From assembly GCF_041916735.1 (NCBI RefSeq), contig NZ_JAYRYY010000017.1: a DNA stretch of 64,000 nt; one strand, written 5' to 3'. The stretch comes from Zoogloea sp. Lineage in GTDB: Bacteria > Pseudomonadota > Gammaproteobacteria > Burkholderiales > Rhodocyclaceae. Under the pieces are notes generated by a model. The model worked only from the letters and a program-made list of their open reading frames with translations. It did no database searches and was not told the origin of the DNA. This document shows, in pieces, positions 28,080 to 37,836 of this stretch (the first letter of the stretch is position 1; each line of letters opens with the position of its first letter). The translations under genes and the position numbers were made by a program.

Positions 28080-28589
28080 TCAGGCCGTGGCTTCAGGCGC
28101 CTGGAAATCCCCGCTGCGGAAAGCTTCCAGCAGGCGACGCATGCGCCCTGCATCCTCCTCCGTGAAGCCCTGCTTGAAGTCCGTCAGCACCAGCCTGGCG
28201 CGAGTGGGCCAGTTGCCCGGCGCGTCGTCCACCGCCAGCCACTGGGCGCCCGGCGCCCGGCGTTCCAGCCACTGCCTGGCTTCGCGCTCGCGCAGGCCGT
28301 AAAGCTCATTGGGTGTGCGGGGAAAAAGGGTGGGCGAGCAGTCGATCACCCTCGCCCGGACGTCCTCGGCAAAGCGCGCCGACAGCTTCTGCAGGGAAAA
28401 CAGGGTGCGCCAGTCGGAAGAAATGATCACCCGCGTCTCCGGGTATTCGCGCAGCACCGACTCCAGCAGCGGCAGGCAGCGAAAATCCTCCGCCTCGCCC
28501 CACGGATGGGTCACCCCGTCGAAATCGAGGAAGACGTAAACCGGGGCAAGGACCGCCGGGGGGGTGATTTTGGCCATTTTTTGATGCAT
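28080..28589 (-). CDS. HAD-superfamily protein (Swiss-army-knife RNA repair-like HAD_SAK type); start uncertain
   Basis: VFLDFDGVTHP, VIISSDWR, RE.E...WL, W.AVDD. Confidence 0.75.
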   Translation of the reverse strand: MHQKMAKITPPAVLAPVYVFLDFDGVTHPWGEAEDFRCLPLLESVLREYPETRVIISSDWRTLFSLQKLSARFAEDVRARVIDCSPTLFPRTPNELYGLREREARQWLERRAPGAQWLAVDDAPGNWPTRARLVLTDFKQGFTEEDAGRMRRLLEAFRSGDFQAPEATA

Positions 28590-28724
28590 CGCAACAAGGG
28601 CACTGAGGAAAGGCGGAAACTTGCCGTTTAAAGAAAACTCACTACGTAACACTCACACTGGACTATTCTAAGGTCAGCAATTGTTGCAGTGCGGTAATTT
28701 TTCTCGATCCAACGGAGCCCAGCC

Positions 28725-29504
28725 ATGAAACCCATTATCAACCTTGAAGGCAAGGTCGGCCTTATCACCGGCATCGCCAACGAAAAATCCATCTCCACCG
28801 GCGTTGCCGAATCCTGCATCGAAGCCGGTGCAAAGGTCATCATCACCTACCAGAACGAGAAGACCCTGGCTTTTCTGGAGCCCATTGTCACCCGCCTGGG
28901 TGTCGAGGATGTGCTGCTGCTCGACGTGACCAAGCCCGAGACCATGGACGAAGTCTTTGCCAAGATCGACGCCAAATACGGCAAGCTCGACTTCGCCATC
29001 CACTCCATGGCCTTCGCCAAGCGCGACGACCTGCACGGCCGCGTGGTGGATACCTCCGCCGACGGCTTCGCCCTGGCCATGGACGTCTCCACCCATTCCT
29101 TCGTGCGCCTGGCCCGCAAGGCGGAGCCCCTGCTGGACAAGGCCGGTGGCGGTTCCCTGATCACCATGACCTACCTGGGGAGTGAAAAGGTTATCGCCAA
29201 TTATGGCGTAATGGGCCTGTGCAAGGCGGCCCTCGAAGCCGCCACCCGTTACATGGCCTTCGAGCTGGGCCCCAAGAACATCCGCGTCAATGCCATCTCC
29301 CCGGGCCCGCTGATGACCCGTGCCGCTTCCGGCATCGCCGGTTTCGACGGCCTGATGGCGGCTGCGGTGGATCGTTCCCCGCTGCATCGCCTGGTGACGC
29401 CGGAAGACATCGGTGCGCTGACCGCCTTCCTGGTCTCCGACGCCGGCCGCAACATGTCCGGTGGCGTGCATTTTGTGGACGCCGGGTACAACATCATCGC
29501 GTGA
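28725..29504 (+). CDS. fabI: Enoyl-ACP reductase
   Basis: GLITGIANEKSI..G.A, D..IHSMAFA, TYLGSEKV..NY.VMG..KAALE, RVNAISPGP..TRAASGI. Confidence 0.93.
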   Translation: MKPIINLEGKVGLITGIANEKSISTGVAESCIEAGAKVIITYQNEKTLAFLEPIVTRLGVEDVLLLDVTKPETMDEVFAKIDAKYGKLDFAIHSMAFAKRDDLHGRVVDTSADGFALAMDVSTHSFVRLARKAEPLLDKAGGGSLITMTYLGSEKVIANYGVMGLCKAALEAATRYMAFELGPKNIRVNAISPGPLMTRAASGIAGFDGLMAAAVDRSPLHRLVTPEDIGALTAFLVSDAGRNMSGGVHFVDAGYNIIA

Positions 29505-29520
29505 CAGCTGCCGGTCTGCG

Positions 29521-30114
29521 ATGATCGACCACCCTGCCGCCGGAAAGGGGGAGACAACAGCCAGCGTCTCCCTGTCCGATCCGGTACCGGCCCACCCCCT
29601 GCTCGACGGTCTGCCTGAACTCGGGCGGGGGGAGTCCTCCATCGTTCTCGACCCGGGTGACGGTCAGCGGGTCTTCAAGATCGTCAGTTCGCCCGCCGAC
29701 TACTTCTACCTCGCCGCCGACGATCGCCCCAGGGGCGTCCATTTCCCCCGCCTCTTCCACGACCACGGCGTCATCGGCATGGCCAGCTCGGGCTATTCCT
29801 TCCGCCTGCTCGAGATTGAACGCCTGCAACCCGTTTCCGGTGAGGCTGAGCAGCTTGCCCGCCTGCTCTCCCGGGCCTACTGGGAGGGCTGCGAGAAGTG
29901 GGCCAACATGGGGGTCAATCGTGGCCGCCTGGCCCTCTACCACATCAGTCAGGAACCGCCGCCAGGCCTGCCCGACAGCCTGGTTCAGGCCATCGCATCC
30001 CTTTCCGACTTCATCGAGGAGTATCCGGTGCAGCCCGACATCCTCAACCCCCACAACCTCATGATGCGCCCTGACGGCACGCTGGTGCTGTCTGATCCCG
30101 TGTTCCTGCCCTGA
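29521..30114 (+). CDS. Small atypical protein-kinase-like fold protein
   Basis: Gly loop LGRGESSIV, beta3 Lys VFK, catalytic-loop-like DILNPHNLMM, metal-binding LSDPV near the C-terminus. Confidence 0.6.
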   Translation: MIDHPAAGKGETTASVSLSDPVPAHPLLDGLPELGRGESSIVLDPGDGQRVFKIVSSPADYFYLAADDRPRGVHFPRLFHDHGVIGMASSGYSFRLLEIERLQPVSGEAEQLARLLSRAYWEGCEKWANMGVNRGRLALYHISQEPPPGLPDSLVQAIASLSDFIEEYPVQPDILNPHNLMMRPDGTLVLSDPVFLP

Positions 30115-30137
30115 GGGCGTGTGCCGCGCGGACACGT

Positions 30138-30161
30138 AAAAAAGGCGACCCGAAGGTCGCC
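30138..30161 (-). terminator. Rho-independent terminator of the PEP-CTERM gene
   Basis: Minus strand GGCGACC-TTCG-GGTCGCC-TTTTTT: perfect 7-bp stem, UUCG loop, U-tract. Confidence 0.85.
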
Positions 30162-30185
30162 AGAGTGTTGCTGTGAAGCCCGGAC

Positions 30186-31094
30186 TCACACCTTGCGGCG
30201 GCGGGCGCCCAGACATCCCAGCCCGGCCAGCAGCAGGGCCAGCACACCGGGTTCAGGCACCGGCTGAGTACTTGGGTTGTTGGGATCAACTACGGGGTTG
30301 TAGCTGCCGTCAAAGATCCAGCGGCGGATGTCATGGTCCGCGGTAGCCGCACCCGTACCCGAGGTGAAGCCAATGTAGGCGTCGGTGGTGCCGAGCAGAG
30401 CCACCAGGTCAACCGCATAGCTCATCAGGATGGTTGTCGGCCGAGTGCTGTTCAGGGACAGGCGAACTTCAAGCATGTCCGTTGCTCCGTTGTAGTCCAC
30501 CCAAGCATGGAAGATGGCTTGGCTGTCGAGCTGAGCGGGCAGGGTATCTGCCCGCACCACCGAGCACACGTTGCCATTGACGTTGATGCCGGCATGATTG
30601 CCGTTGTTACCGTCACAGGAACCGTTATCCCAGTTGTCGAATTCGACCCCGATGCTGGGGCTCAGGCCTTCGTAACCGATGCCCCCGCCACCGCCGCCAG
30701 CGGTGTTGGAAACGGTCTGCACCGTAAATACAATTCCGTCTGCACCGCCGTTGCCCTGGTTCGTGTATTGGAACTCGAAGTAGCTGCTGAAGGACGCATC
30801 CGAGGCCAGGGAGAAGGGATTGGTCAGGAAGGCGCTGCCCGACTGACCATAGTCGTTGGTCAGACGTAGCACGCGCTGGTCACCGGGATTGGGGCCGACC
30901 ACCCCCTGAGCGCCGGTGTTTATGCTGGCCGTTGCTCCGTTGAGAGTGAAATCGGCCAGACTATTGAAGTTCTGCATGCTGACCACGGCGGCCTGGGCCT
31001 GGGTAGCTCCGGCCAGTGCAGTCGTAACGGCCAGAGCCGACAGGAGGTGGCGAGCACCACCGGTGGGAATCGAACATCCGGACAAAAGGGGCAT
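30186..31094 (-). CDS. L-type (legume) lectin domain protein with PEP-CTERM sorting signal
   Basis: Signal peptide; GADGIVF, IGVEFDNW, NHAGIN, AWVDYNG, YIGFTSGTG; C-terminal VPEPGVLALLLAGLGCLGARRRKV. Confidence 0.9.
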   Translation of the reverse strand: MPLLSGCSIPTGGARHLLSALAVTTALAGATQAQAAVVSMQNFNSLADFTLNGATASINTGAQGVVGPNPGDQRVLRLTNDYGQSGSAFLTNPFSLASDASFSSYFEFQYTNQGNGGADGIVFTVQTVSNTAGGGGGGIGYEGLSPSIGVEFDNWDNGSCDGNNGNHAGINVNGNVCSVVRADTLPAQLDSQAIFHAWVDYNGATDMLEVRLSLNSTRPTTILMSYAVDLVALLGTTDAYIGFTSGTGAATADHDIRRWIFDGSYNPVVDPNNPSTQPVPEPGVLALLLAGLGCLGARRRKV

Positions 31095-31166
31095 GGGTCT
31101 GTCTCCTCATGGTTGTTGGGAGCGCCCGGCAGACACGATTTGGAGCGCATCCTACCCGAGCGAGCA

Positions 31167-31182
31167 AGCAGGCTCCATACCT
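31167..31182 (-). promoter_or_regulatory. Putative sigma54 (-24/-12) promoter of the PEP-CTERM gene
   Basis: Minus strand AGGTATGGAGCCTGCT = GG-N10-GC, followed upstream by an A/T-rich tract. Confidence 0.6.
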
Positions 31183-31245
31183 AAAATCTTAACCCATTGA
31201 AAAACAAAAAAATGGTGATGTCCTGTGGCCGGCAACCGACGGCAT

Positions 31246-31262
31246 CGTAAAGAATTCTGACA
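31246..31262 (-). promoter_or_regulatory. Putative enhancer (PrsR-type activator site)
   Basis: Minus strand TGTCAG-AATTC-TTTACG resembles the TGT(A/C)AA-N5-TT(T/G)ACA palindrome I recall upstream of PEP-CTERM genes. Confidence 0.45.
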
Positions 31263-31283
31263 GTCCGCCGGAAAGTCCGGCGA

Positions 31284-32192
31284 TCAGATCACCGCGTCCC
31301 TCACCTCGCCACCCAGCGCCTCCAGCAGCGCAGGGATCAGACGTGACAGTTCTCCGCTCATCAGGGCGAAATCGGCTTCCATCTGCATATCGGCGGCGTC
31401 GGCCTGGCGTTCGGCTTCTTCCTTGATCACATCGAGGAAGGCCACGCGCTTGATCTCCATTTTTTCGGTGAGGATGATCGAGATACGGTCGTCGAAGGTC
31501 ATCGCGAGGCGGGTCGGCAGCTTGCCGGCGGCCAGGTGGTCCTGCACGTCCTTGCCGTCGAGGGCGTGACGCACGTAGCGCACGGCAGCCTTCTCGTCGG
31601 TCACGGCACGCAGCTCGCAGTCCAGGTCGATGGTGAAGTTGCCGCAGGCCTGGTTGGCCGCCAGCCAGTCAGTCATCACCGACACCGGCGAGAGCTGGGT
31701 CTTGACCATCTTCACCGGCAGTTCGTCGAGGGTGTCGCGCAGGGCGTCCAGCACTTCCTCGGCACGGGCCGGGCTGGCCGCGTCGATCACCAGCCAGCCG
31801 CCTTTTGGGTCGATCCAGGCATACACCTTGCGGCGGCGGGTGAAGGCCCGGGGCAGCAGCTCCTGTAGCACCGCCTCCTTGATTTCCTTCATCTGCTTGC
31901 GGCCGGGCTTGAAGCCCTGCTGGGCCTCGATCTGCTCGGCCTTGTCGGCCGCCACCTCATTGACCACCGATGAGGGCAGCAGCTTCTGCTCGACCATCAG
32001 GGCGATCAGGAAGTGCCCGCCCACGGCCAGCACGAAACGGTCGTCCTTGGTTGGCGAACTCCAGCCCCGGCTCGCCATGTCCTGGCTGCCACAGGGCGCA
32101 AAGGGGCGGGCGGCGAGCTTTTCGTTGAGGGTTTCGACGGTCAGGCCCCAGTTTTCGGGGAGACGGTAAATCTGGAGATTGCGGAACCACAT
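31284..32192 (-). CDS. rdgC: Recombination-associated protein RdgC
   Basis: MWFRNLQIYRL, GW..P, EQK.LP.SVV, LLPRAF, TRLA.T..D..S..L, ADF.LM.GEL. Confidence 0.96.
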   Translation of the reverse strand: MWFRNLQIYRLPENWGLTVETLNEKLAARPFAPCGSQDMASRGWSSPTKDDRFVLAVGGHFLIALMVEQKLLPSSVVNEVAADKAEQIEAQQGFKPGRKQMKEIKEAVLQELLPRAFTRRRKVYAWIDPKGGWLVIDAASPARAEEVLDALRDTLDELPVKMVKTQLSPVSVMTDWLAANQACGNFTIDLDCELRAVTDEKAAVRYVRHALDGKDVQDHLAAGKLPTRLAMTFDDRISIILTEKMEIKRVAFLDVIKEEAERQADAADMQMEADFALMSGELSRLIPALLEALGGEVRDAVI

Positions 32193-32282
32193 GGCGGGAA
32201 ACGATCCGTGCTGATGGAAAGGAGGCGGCATTGTAGCGGCTCATCGCGGTACTGCCAGACCGTTCGGCGGATCATCCGGCGG

Positions 32283-32312
32283 TTGACACTCTGCAATTCA
32301 GAGTTATATGCT
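32283..32312 (+). promoter_or_regulatory. Putative sigma70 promoter
   Basis: TTGACA (32283-88), 18 nt, TATGCT (32307-12), upstream of ATG 32351. Confidence 0.65.
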
Positions 32313-32326
32313 CTGAATCACAGAGT
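32288..32326. promoter_or_regulatory. Tandem palindromic operators (A/G)CTCTG-N5-CAGAGT overlapping the promoter
   Basis: ACTCTG-caatt-CAGAGT (32288-32304) and GCTCTG-aatca-CAGAGT (32310-32326), 22 bp apart. Confidence 0.72.
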
Positions 32327-32350
32327 AAATTCAAGTGGAATTTCCCGATC

Positions 32351-33406
32351 ATGGCCGACCCCATATCCCGCCAGCTCGACAACATCCAGTCCATGCTCGT
32401 CCGTGGTCAGCGCAACCTGCGCATGGAGCGTCACAGCCTTGTGCTGTGGGGTCTTGGTGGGGCCGGGCTGTTCCTCTCCAGCGACCTGGTCTTTACTGCC
32501 GAGCAGATCCCGGATACCACCCAGCGGGCCCTGGTCTGGCTGGTCTTCATTGCCCTGGTGCTGGGCGGCGCAGGTTATGCGGACTGGCATCTGACCCGGC
32601 GCGTCAAGGCGGCCCGGGACGAAACCTGGTCATTCATCCACCGTCAGGTGGTCAAGCTGATGTGGCTGCTGATGGGCATCGGCGCATTGTTCACCTTCGC
32701 CACCTTCTTCTTCGGCGGGGCCTACATGCTGTGCACCGTGTGGCTGGTGCTGATCGGCCTGGCGCTATACGTGCATGGGCTGTTCTCGGAGGAAGTGCTG
32801 GAATGGGCCGGCGGCATCATCATCGCCATCGGTGTGGCCGGGCTGGCCGCCAGGCTGCCTTTCGAGACGATGAAATGGATCGCTGCCTCGGTGTTCGGGC
32901 TCGGCCTGCCGATGCTGTCCGGCCTGCTTGACCATGGTCGGGAGCGTCCCTTCGCCCTGCGTCTGGCCCAGGCCGCGGGCTGGACGGTGCTGGTGCTGGC
33001 CGCGCCCCTGGCCGGTCACCGCTACGCCTCCGCCCAGCTGCCCCCCGAGGTGCCGGTCACGCCGCTCGATACCTACCGGTCCGGCGCCGATTTGAGCGGG
33101 CTGCGCATTGTCGGCCTGCCCGCCGGCACCCGCGTGCCGGTGCGGGTCGAGGTGTCCGGTGATCTGTTCCGTCCGGCGGCCGATGCCATCCTGCCCCTGA
33201 CCCTCGACCAGCCCCTGGAGATCCTGGTGCGCGACGGTCAGCCCACCGGCGATGTACGCGCCCCGGGGGGGCCCTGGCGGCTGGCCCGGGAAACCCACTG
33301 GATCTCGATCCCGTGGATGCGCGCCAGCCTCGACCCCACCCATGGGCCGCAGGTCGAATCCGCGCTGGAGGTGAACTTCCAGGGTGGAAACGCCCGTCGT
33401 CACTAA
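32351..33406 (+). CDS. Uncharacterised polytopic membrane protein with a C-terminal soluble domain
   Basis: About 7-8 hydrophobic segments followed by a hydrophilic beta-rich C-terminal domain of ~120 aa. Confidence 0.8.
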   Translation: MADPISRQLDNIQSMLVRGQRNLRMERHSLVLWGLGGAGLFLSSDLVFTAEQIPDTTQRALVWLVFIALVLGGAGYADWHLTRRVKAARDETWSFIHRQVVKLMWLLMGIGALFTFATFFFGGAYMLCTVWLVLIGLALYVHGLFSEEVLEWAGGIIIAIGVAGLAARLPFETMKWIAASVFGLGLPMLSGLLDHGRERPFALRLAQAAGWTVLVLAAPLAGHRYASAQLPPEVPVTPLDTYRSGADLSGLRIVGLPAGTRVPVRVEVSGDLFRPAADAILPLTLDQPLEILVRDGQPTGDVRAPGGPWRLARETHWISIPWMRASLDPTHGPQVESALEVNFQGGNARRH

Positions 33407-33445
33407 CGCGGCCCCCCTTTTCCCAAGTCAAGAAGGAGTTCCACC

Positions 33446-33844
33446 ATGTTCCTGCGTTTCTCCGCCGGTGTGCTTGCCGCCCTCGCCCTCACCGCTTGCG
33501 CCAATCTAGGCAAGCCTGGTGCCGACGAGCTGGCACGGCTGCCCGTCGTCCGTTTCGGCGAAGCAGCGCCCGCCGGCCAGCCCTTCATCCTGCACTATCC
33601 GGCCGGTGCTCCCATGCCGGTGGAGGCGCGCATCCACGGCAGCCTGCTCGATGGCGAAGCCCGCAGCACCCTCACCGTGCGCACCCGTCAGGATGTCTAT
33701 ACCTACAAGCAGTGGGCCAGCCTGGACGGCAAAAACTGGAAGCCCGGCAATGAAGTGATCGGCGGAAACTTCGAAATCCGCGTGCCCGGCGAACAGGATG
33801 GGCGCAATCCGGGCTCGATGCGGGCAGAATTCAACCTGAAATAA
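33446..33844 (+). CDS. Uncharacterised lipoprotein
   Basis: Lipobox LALTAC; AAGGAG RBS. Confidence 0.8.
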   Translation: MFLRFSAGVLAALALTACANLGKPGADELARLPVVRFGEAAPAGQPFILHYPAGAPMPVEARIHGSLLDGEARSTLTVRTRQDVYTYKQWASLDGKNWKPGNEVIGGNFEIRVPGEQDGRNPGSMRAEFNLK

Positions 33845-33881
33845 GCAGACGGAAAGGCCCGCCCAGTGCGGGCCAACGCCC

Positions 33882-34211
33882 ATGGAACCCCTCGACGCCC
33901 TTCTCCACCAGCCCCTGCGCACCCAGCTTGCCGCTTTTCTCGCGGGGGCTGGCGAGGCCAGTTTTTCCGAACTCAAGCGAGGCCTGGAAGTGTCGGACGG
34001 CAATCTTGAGTCCCACCTCAAGAAGCTGATCGCCGCCGATTACGTGTCGCTGCGCCGCAGCGACGGCCCTGGCCGAAGCCAGACCAGCTACAGCCTGACC
34101 CCCACCGGGCTGGACGCCCTGCATCGCTACGTGAAGGCGCTCCAGAAGCTGCTGCCCATGGGTGACAGCCCTCCCCTGCCGGGCGGCCTGGCCCGGGACA
34201 GGGGGGGCTGA
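33882..34211 (+). CDS. Winged-helix transcriptional regulator (ArsR/MarR-like HTH_34 type)
   Basis: LLHQP.RTQL.A.L....ASFSELK..L.VSDGNL.SHLKKL..A.YV ... T.Y.LT..G..AL..Y. Confidence 0.88.
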   Translation: MEPLDALLHQPLRTQLAAFLAGAGEASFSELKRGLEVSDGNLESHLKKLIAADYVSLRRSDGPGRSQTSYSLTPTGLDALHRYVKALQKLLPMGDSPPLPGGLARDRGG

Positions 34212-34212
34212 G

Positions 34213-34899
34213 TCAGCCCTTGGCGGGCGTCTCGTCGCGCCAGCCGTTCTCGAAGACCACGGTTTCCAGGGGCATGCGCTCGGCCCATTGGTGGATCTCC
34301 AGCATCGGACGGGGGTAGAAGGCCTCCACGTGGCCGATGCACAGGATGGCCACCGGGCGGGCGCCCACGGGCATGCCCAGCAGCGTGGCCAGCTCGGCGG
34401 GGTCGAAGATCGACACCCAGCCCAGGCCGATGCCTTCGGCCCGCGCGGCCAGCCACATGTTCTGGATGGCGCAGGCCACTGAGGCCAGGTCCATCTCGGG
34501 CAGGGTGCGACGGCCGAAGACATGTTTCTCGCGACCGTCGGCCAGGGCCACCACGATCACCTCGCCGGCCTCCAGCAGGCCTTCCACCTTGAGGCGCATA
34601 AAGTCGTCTTCGCGCTCACCCAGGGCCTTGGCGGTGGCCCGGCGCTCCACCTCCACCAGGGCGTGCATGCGTTCGCGCAGGCCCCGGTCGGTGATGCGGA
34701 CAAAGCGCCAAGGCTGCATGTAGCCCACGCTGGGGGCATGGTGGGCGGCCCACAGCAGGCGCGCCAGGAGTTCCGGTGCCACCGGGTCGGGCCGAAAGTG
34801 GCGCATGTCGCGACGCTCAGCGATGGCCCGGTAGATGGCGGCCACGTCGGCATCGGGAAAACGGTGGGGGCTGGCGTCGGTGGAATCGACCATGATCAA
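34213..34899 (-). CDS. bluB: 5,6-dimethylbenzimidazole synthase
   Basis: YRAI.ERRDMRHF, AH.APSVG.MQPWRF, LKVEG, RRTLPEMD.ASV.CAIQN.WLAARAEG.G.GWVS. Confidence 0.95.
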   Translation of the reverse strand: MIMVDSTDASPHRFPDADVAAIYRAIAERRDMRHFRPDPVAPELLARLLWAAHHAPSVGYMQPWRFVRITDRGLRERMHALVEVERRATAKALGEREDDFMRLKVEGLLEAGEVIVVALADGREKHVFGRRTLPEMDLASVACAIQNMWLAARAEGIGLGWVSIFDPAELATLLGMPVGARPVAILCIGHVEAFYPRPMLEIHQWAERMPLETVVFENGWRDETPAKG

Positions 34900-34986
34900 T
34901 CCGCAATTGGCAGGGGGGCGATCGAATCGCCCGAAAAAAACCTTGTGCAGTGCCGGCGACGGGTGCTCCGACGCACGGCTCCCAGT

Positions 34987-36453
<1,467 letters not shown>

Positions 36454-36528
36454 GCCGGATTATCCCGGAAAGCGCCGGCCCGCGCCGGCGACACAGGAAA
36501 AAGCCCGGGAGGCGGCCTCAATGTTTGT

Positions 36529-37326
36529 TCAGTTGCGCAGCTCCTGCTGCCAGCGTGCCCGTTCCCGGGCCAGACGCTCCTGCACGCGTCGTTGCTCTTC
36601 CATCTCGGCGCGGCGCTCGGCTTCCTCCTTCATGCGCTGCTCGCGCTCGGCCTGCATGCGGGCGGCCTGCTCGGCGCGCTCCAGATCGGAGGACACCCGG
36701 TCGGCATAGTAGGTGCGCTCACGCAGGGCGTCCTCGCGCTTGCGTTCCTCTTCCCGGCGGGCCCGTTCCTGGCGCTCCTGCTCATAGCGGCTGGCGGACT
36801 CCGCCCGCTCCTGGCGTTCCCGCCGTTCCTGCTCGGCAATCTCCTCCTCGCTCATGTTGCCGTACATCTGGCGCCGCTCGGCGGCCATCACCCTTTCCTG
36901 GGCCTGGGCGGCCATCTCGCCACTGGCAACGCGCCCGGCCTGCTTGAAGGCAAAGAGGGAGAAGAAGATCTGGATCAGCATGCCCACGATCATCAGCCCA
37001 CCGATGATGGTCAGCATGATCCTGCCCGGTGTCCATTTCACATCGCTGATCTCCACCTTGAGGGGTGCGCCGCTCTCCAGCGGCAGGGGAGATGTCGCAG
37101 TGGTGTGGATCAGGCTGGCATCGTAGGCGGCGCGCCGGCCAGGTTCGGAAAGGATCCAGAAGGCTTCCTTGATGGCCTTGACGCGGTTGTCCGCATCCGC
37201 CGGCGGCAGGCCGTGCCGGCCCGATTGGTAGCGTTCCAGCAGCAGGAGATGGGCGGCCTGGATTTCTGCGGTGGTGGCGTCCGGGGCGACGCTGAGCAGG
37301 TCGTAAAGGGTTGATTTGGCCTTCAT
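36529..37326 (-). CDS. J-domain-like protein (no HPD) with a transmembrane helix and coiled coil
   Basis: TLYDLLSV...AT.AEI..A ... I.EA..ILS.P.RRAAYD; central TM segment; E/R-rich C-terminus. Confidence 0.78.
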   Translation of the reverse strand: MKAKSTLYDLLSVAPDATTAEIQAAHLLLLERYQSGRHGLPPADADNRVKAIKEAFWILSEPGRRAAYDASLIHTTATSPLPLESGAPLKVEISDVKWTPGRIMLTIIGGLMIVGMLIQIFFSLFAFKQAGRVASGEMAAQAQERVMAAERRQMYGNMSEEEIAEQERRERQERAESASRYEQERQERARREEERKREDALRERTYYADRVSSDLERAEQAARMQAEREQRMKEEAERRAEMEEQRRVQERLARERARWQQELRN

Positions 37327-37422
37327 GGGGTGGCAGACGCGGCTGAATGGGAATGCGGAAGAGATTATGGCCGACGCGCAGGATCTGCGGAAAGGTGGTG
37401 TTCTGCCTCCGGGCGGGCGGTT

Positions 37423-37740
37423 TCAGCCCCCAGGCCGGCAATCGGCGGCGCAGCGTAAATGGGCGGCCTCGCAATCGGCATCGCGTTCGGAGCGCCGCTT
37501 GTTCGCTTCGGCCTGACGCGCCTCCAGGCGCTCCATTTCGGCGCTGGCGTCGGAGCCCATGCGCACGTCCTGCCGCTGATAGACCCACCCGGCCCGTTCG
37601 GCCTGGTCGAGGGCGCGCGCGTCGCGCTGGCATCGGCTGCGCTCGGCGACGCACGTCTTTGCGCACAAGCCAATCTCTTCAGCCCGGGTGGGCAAGGCGG
37701 AGCCGAGGGTCAGGAGGATCAGGAAGAGGGCGCGGGGCAT
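37423..37740 (-). CDS. Hypothetical secreted six-cysteine protein
   Basis: Signal peptide; Cx3Cx6C near the N-terminus and Cx6Cx3C near the C-terminus. Confidence 0.6.
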   Translation of the reverse strand: MPRALFLILLTLGSALPTRAEEIGLCAKTCVAERSRCQRDARALDQAERAGWVYQRQDVRMGSDASAEMERLEARQAEANKRRSERDADCEAAHLRCAADCRPGG

Positions 37741-37836
37741 GTTTTGCGGGACGGGAGCAGGGCTGGCCGGAAGCTCTCCGGCTGCGGGATAATCGGGCTT
37801 GATTGCCTTCAGTCGTCACCATTAAAGGATAACACC

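Noticed and set aside
36529-36900. Low-complexity repeated gcgc/ctcc tracts
   Set aside because: Explained by the E/R/A-rich coiled coil of the J-like protein; not a DNA repeat array or CRISPR.
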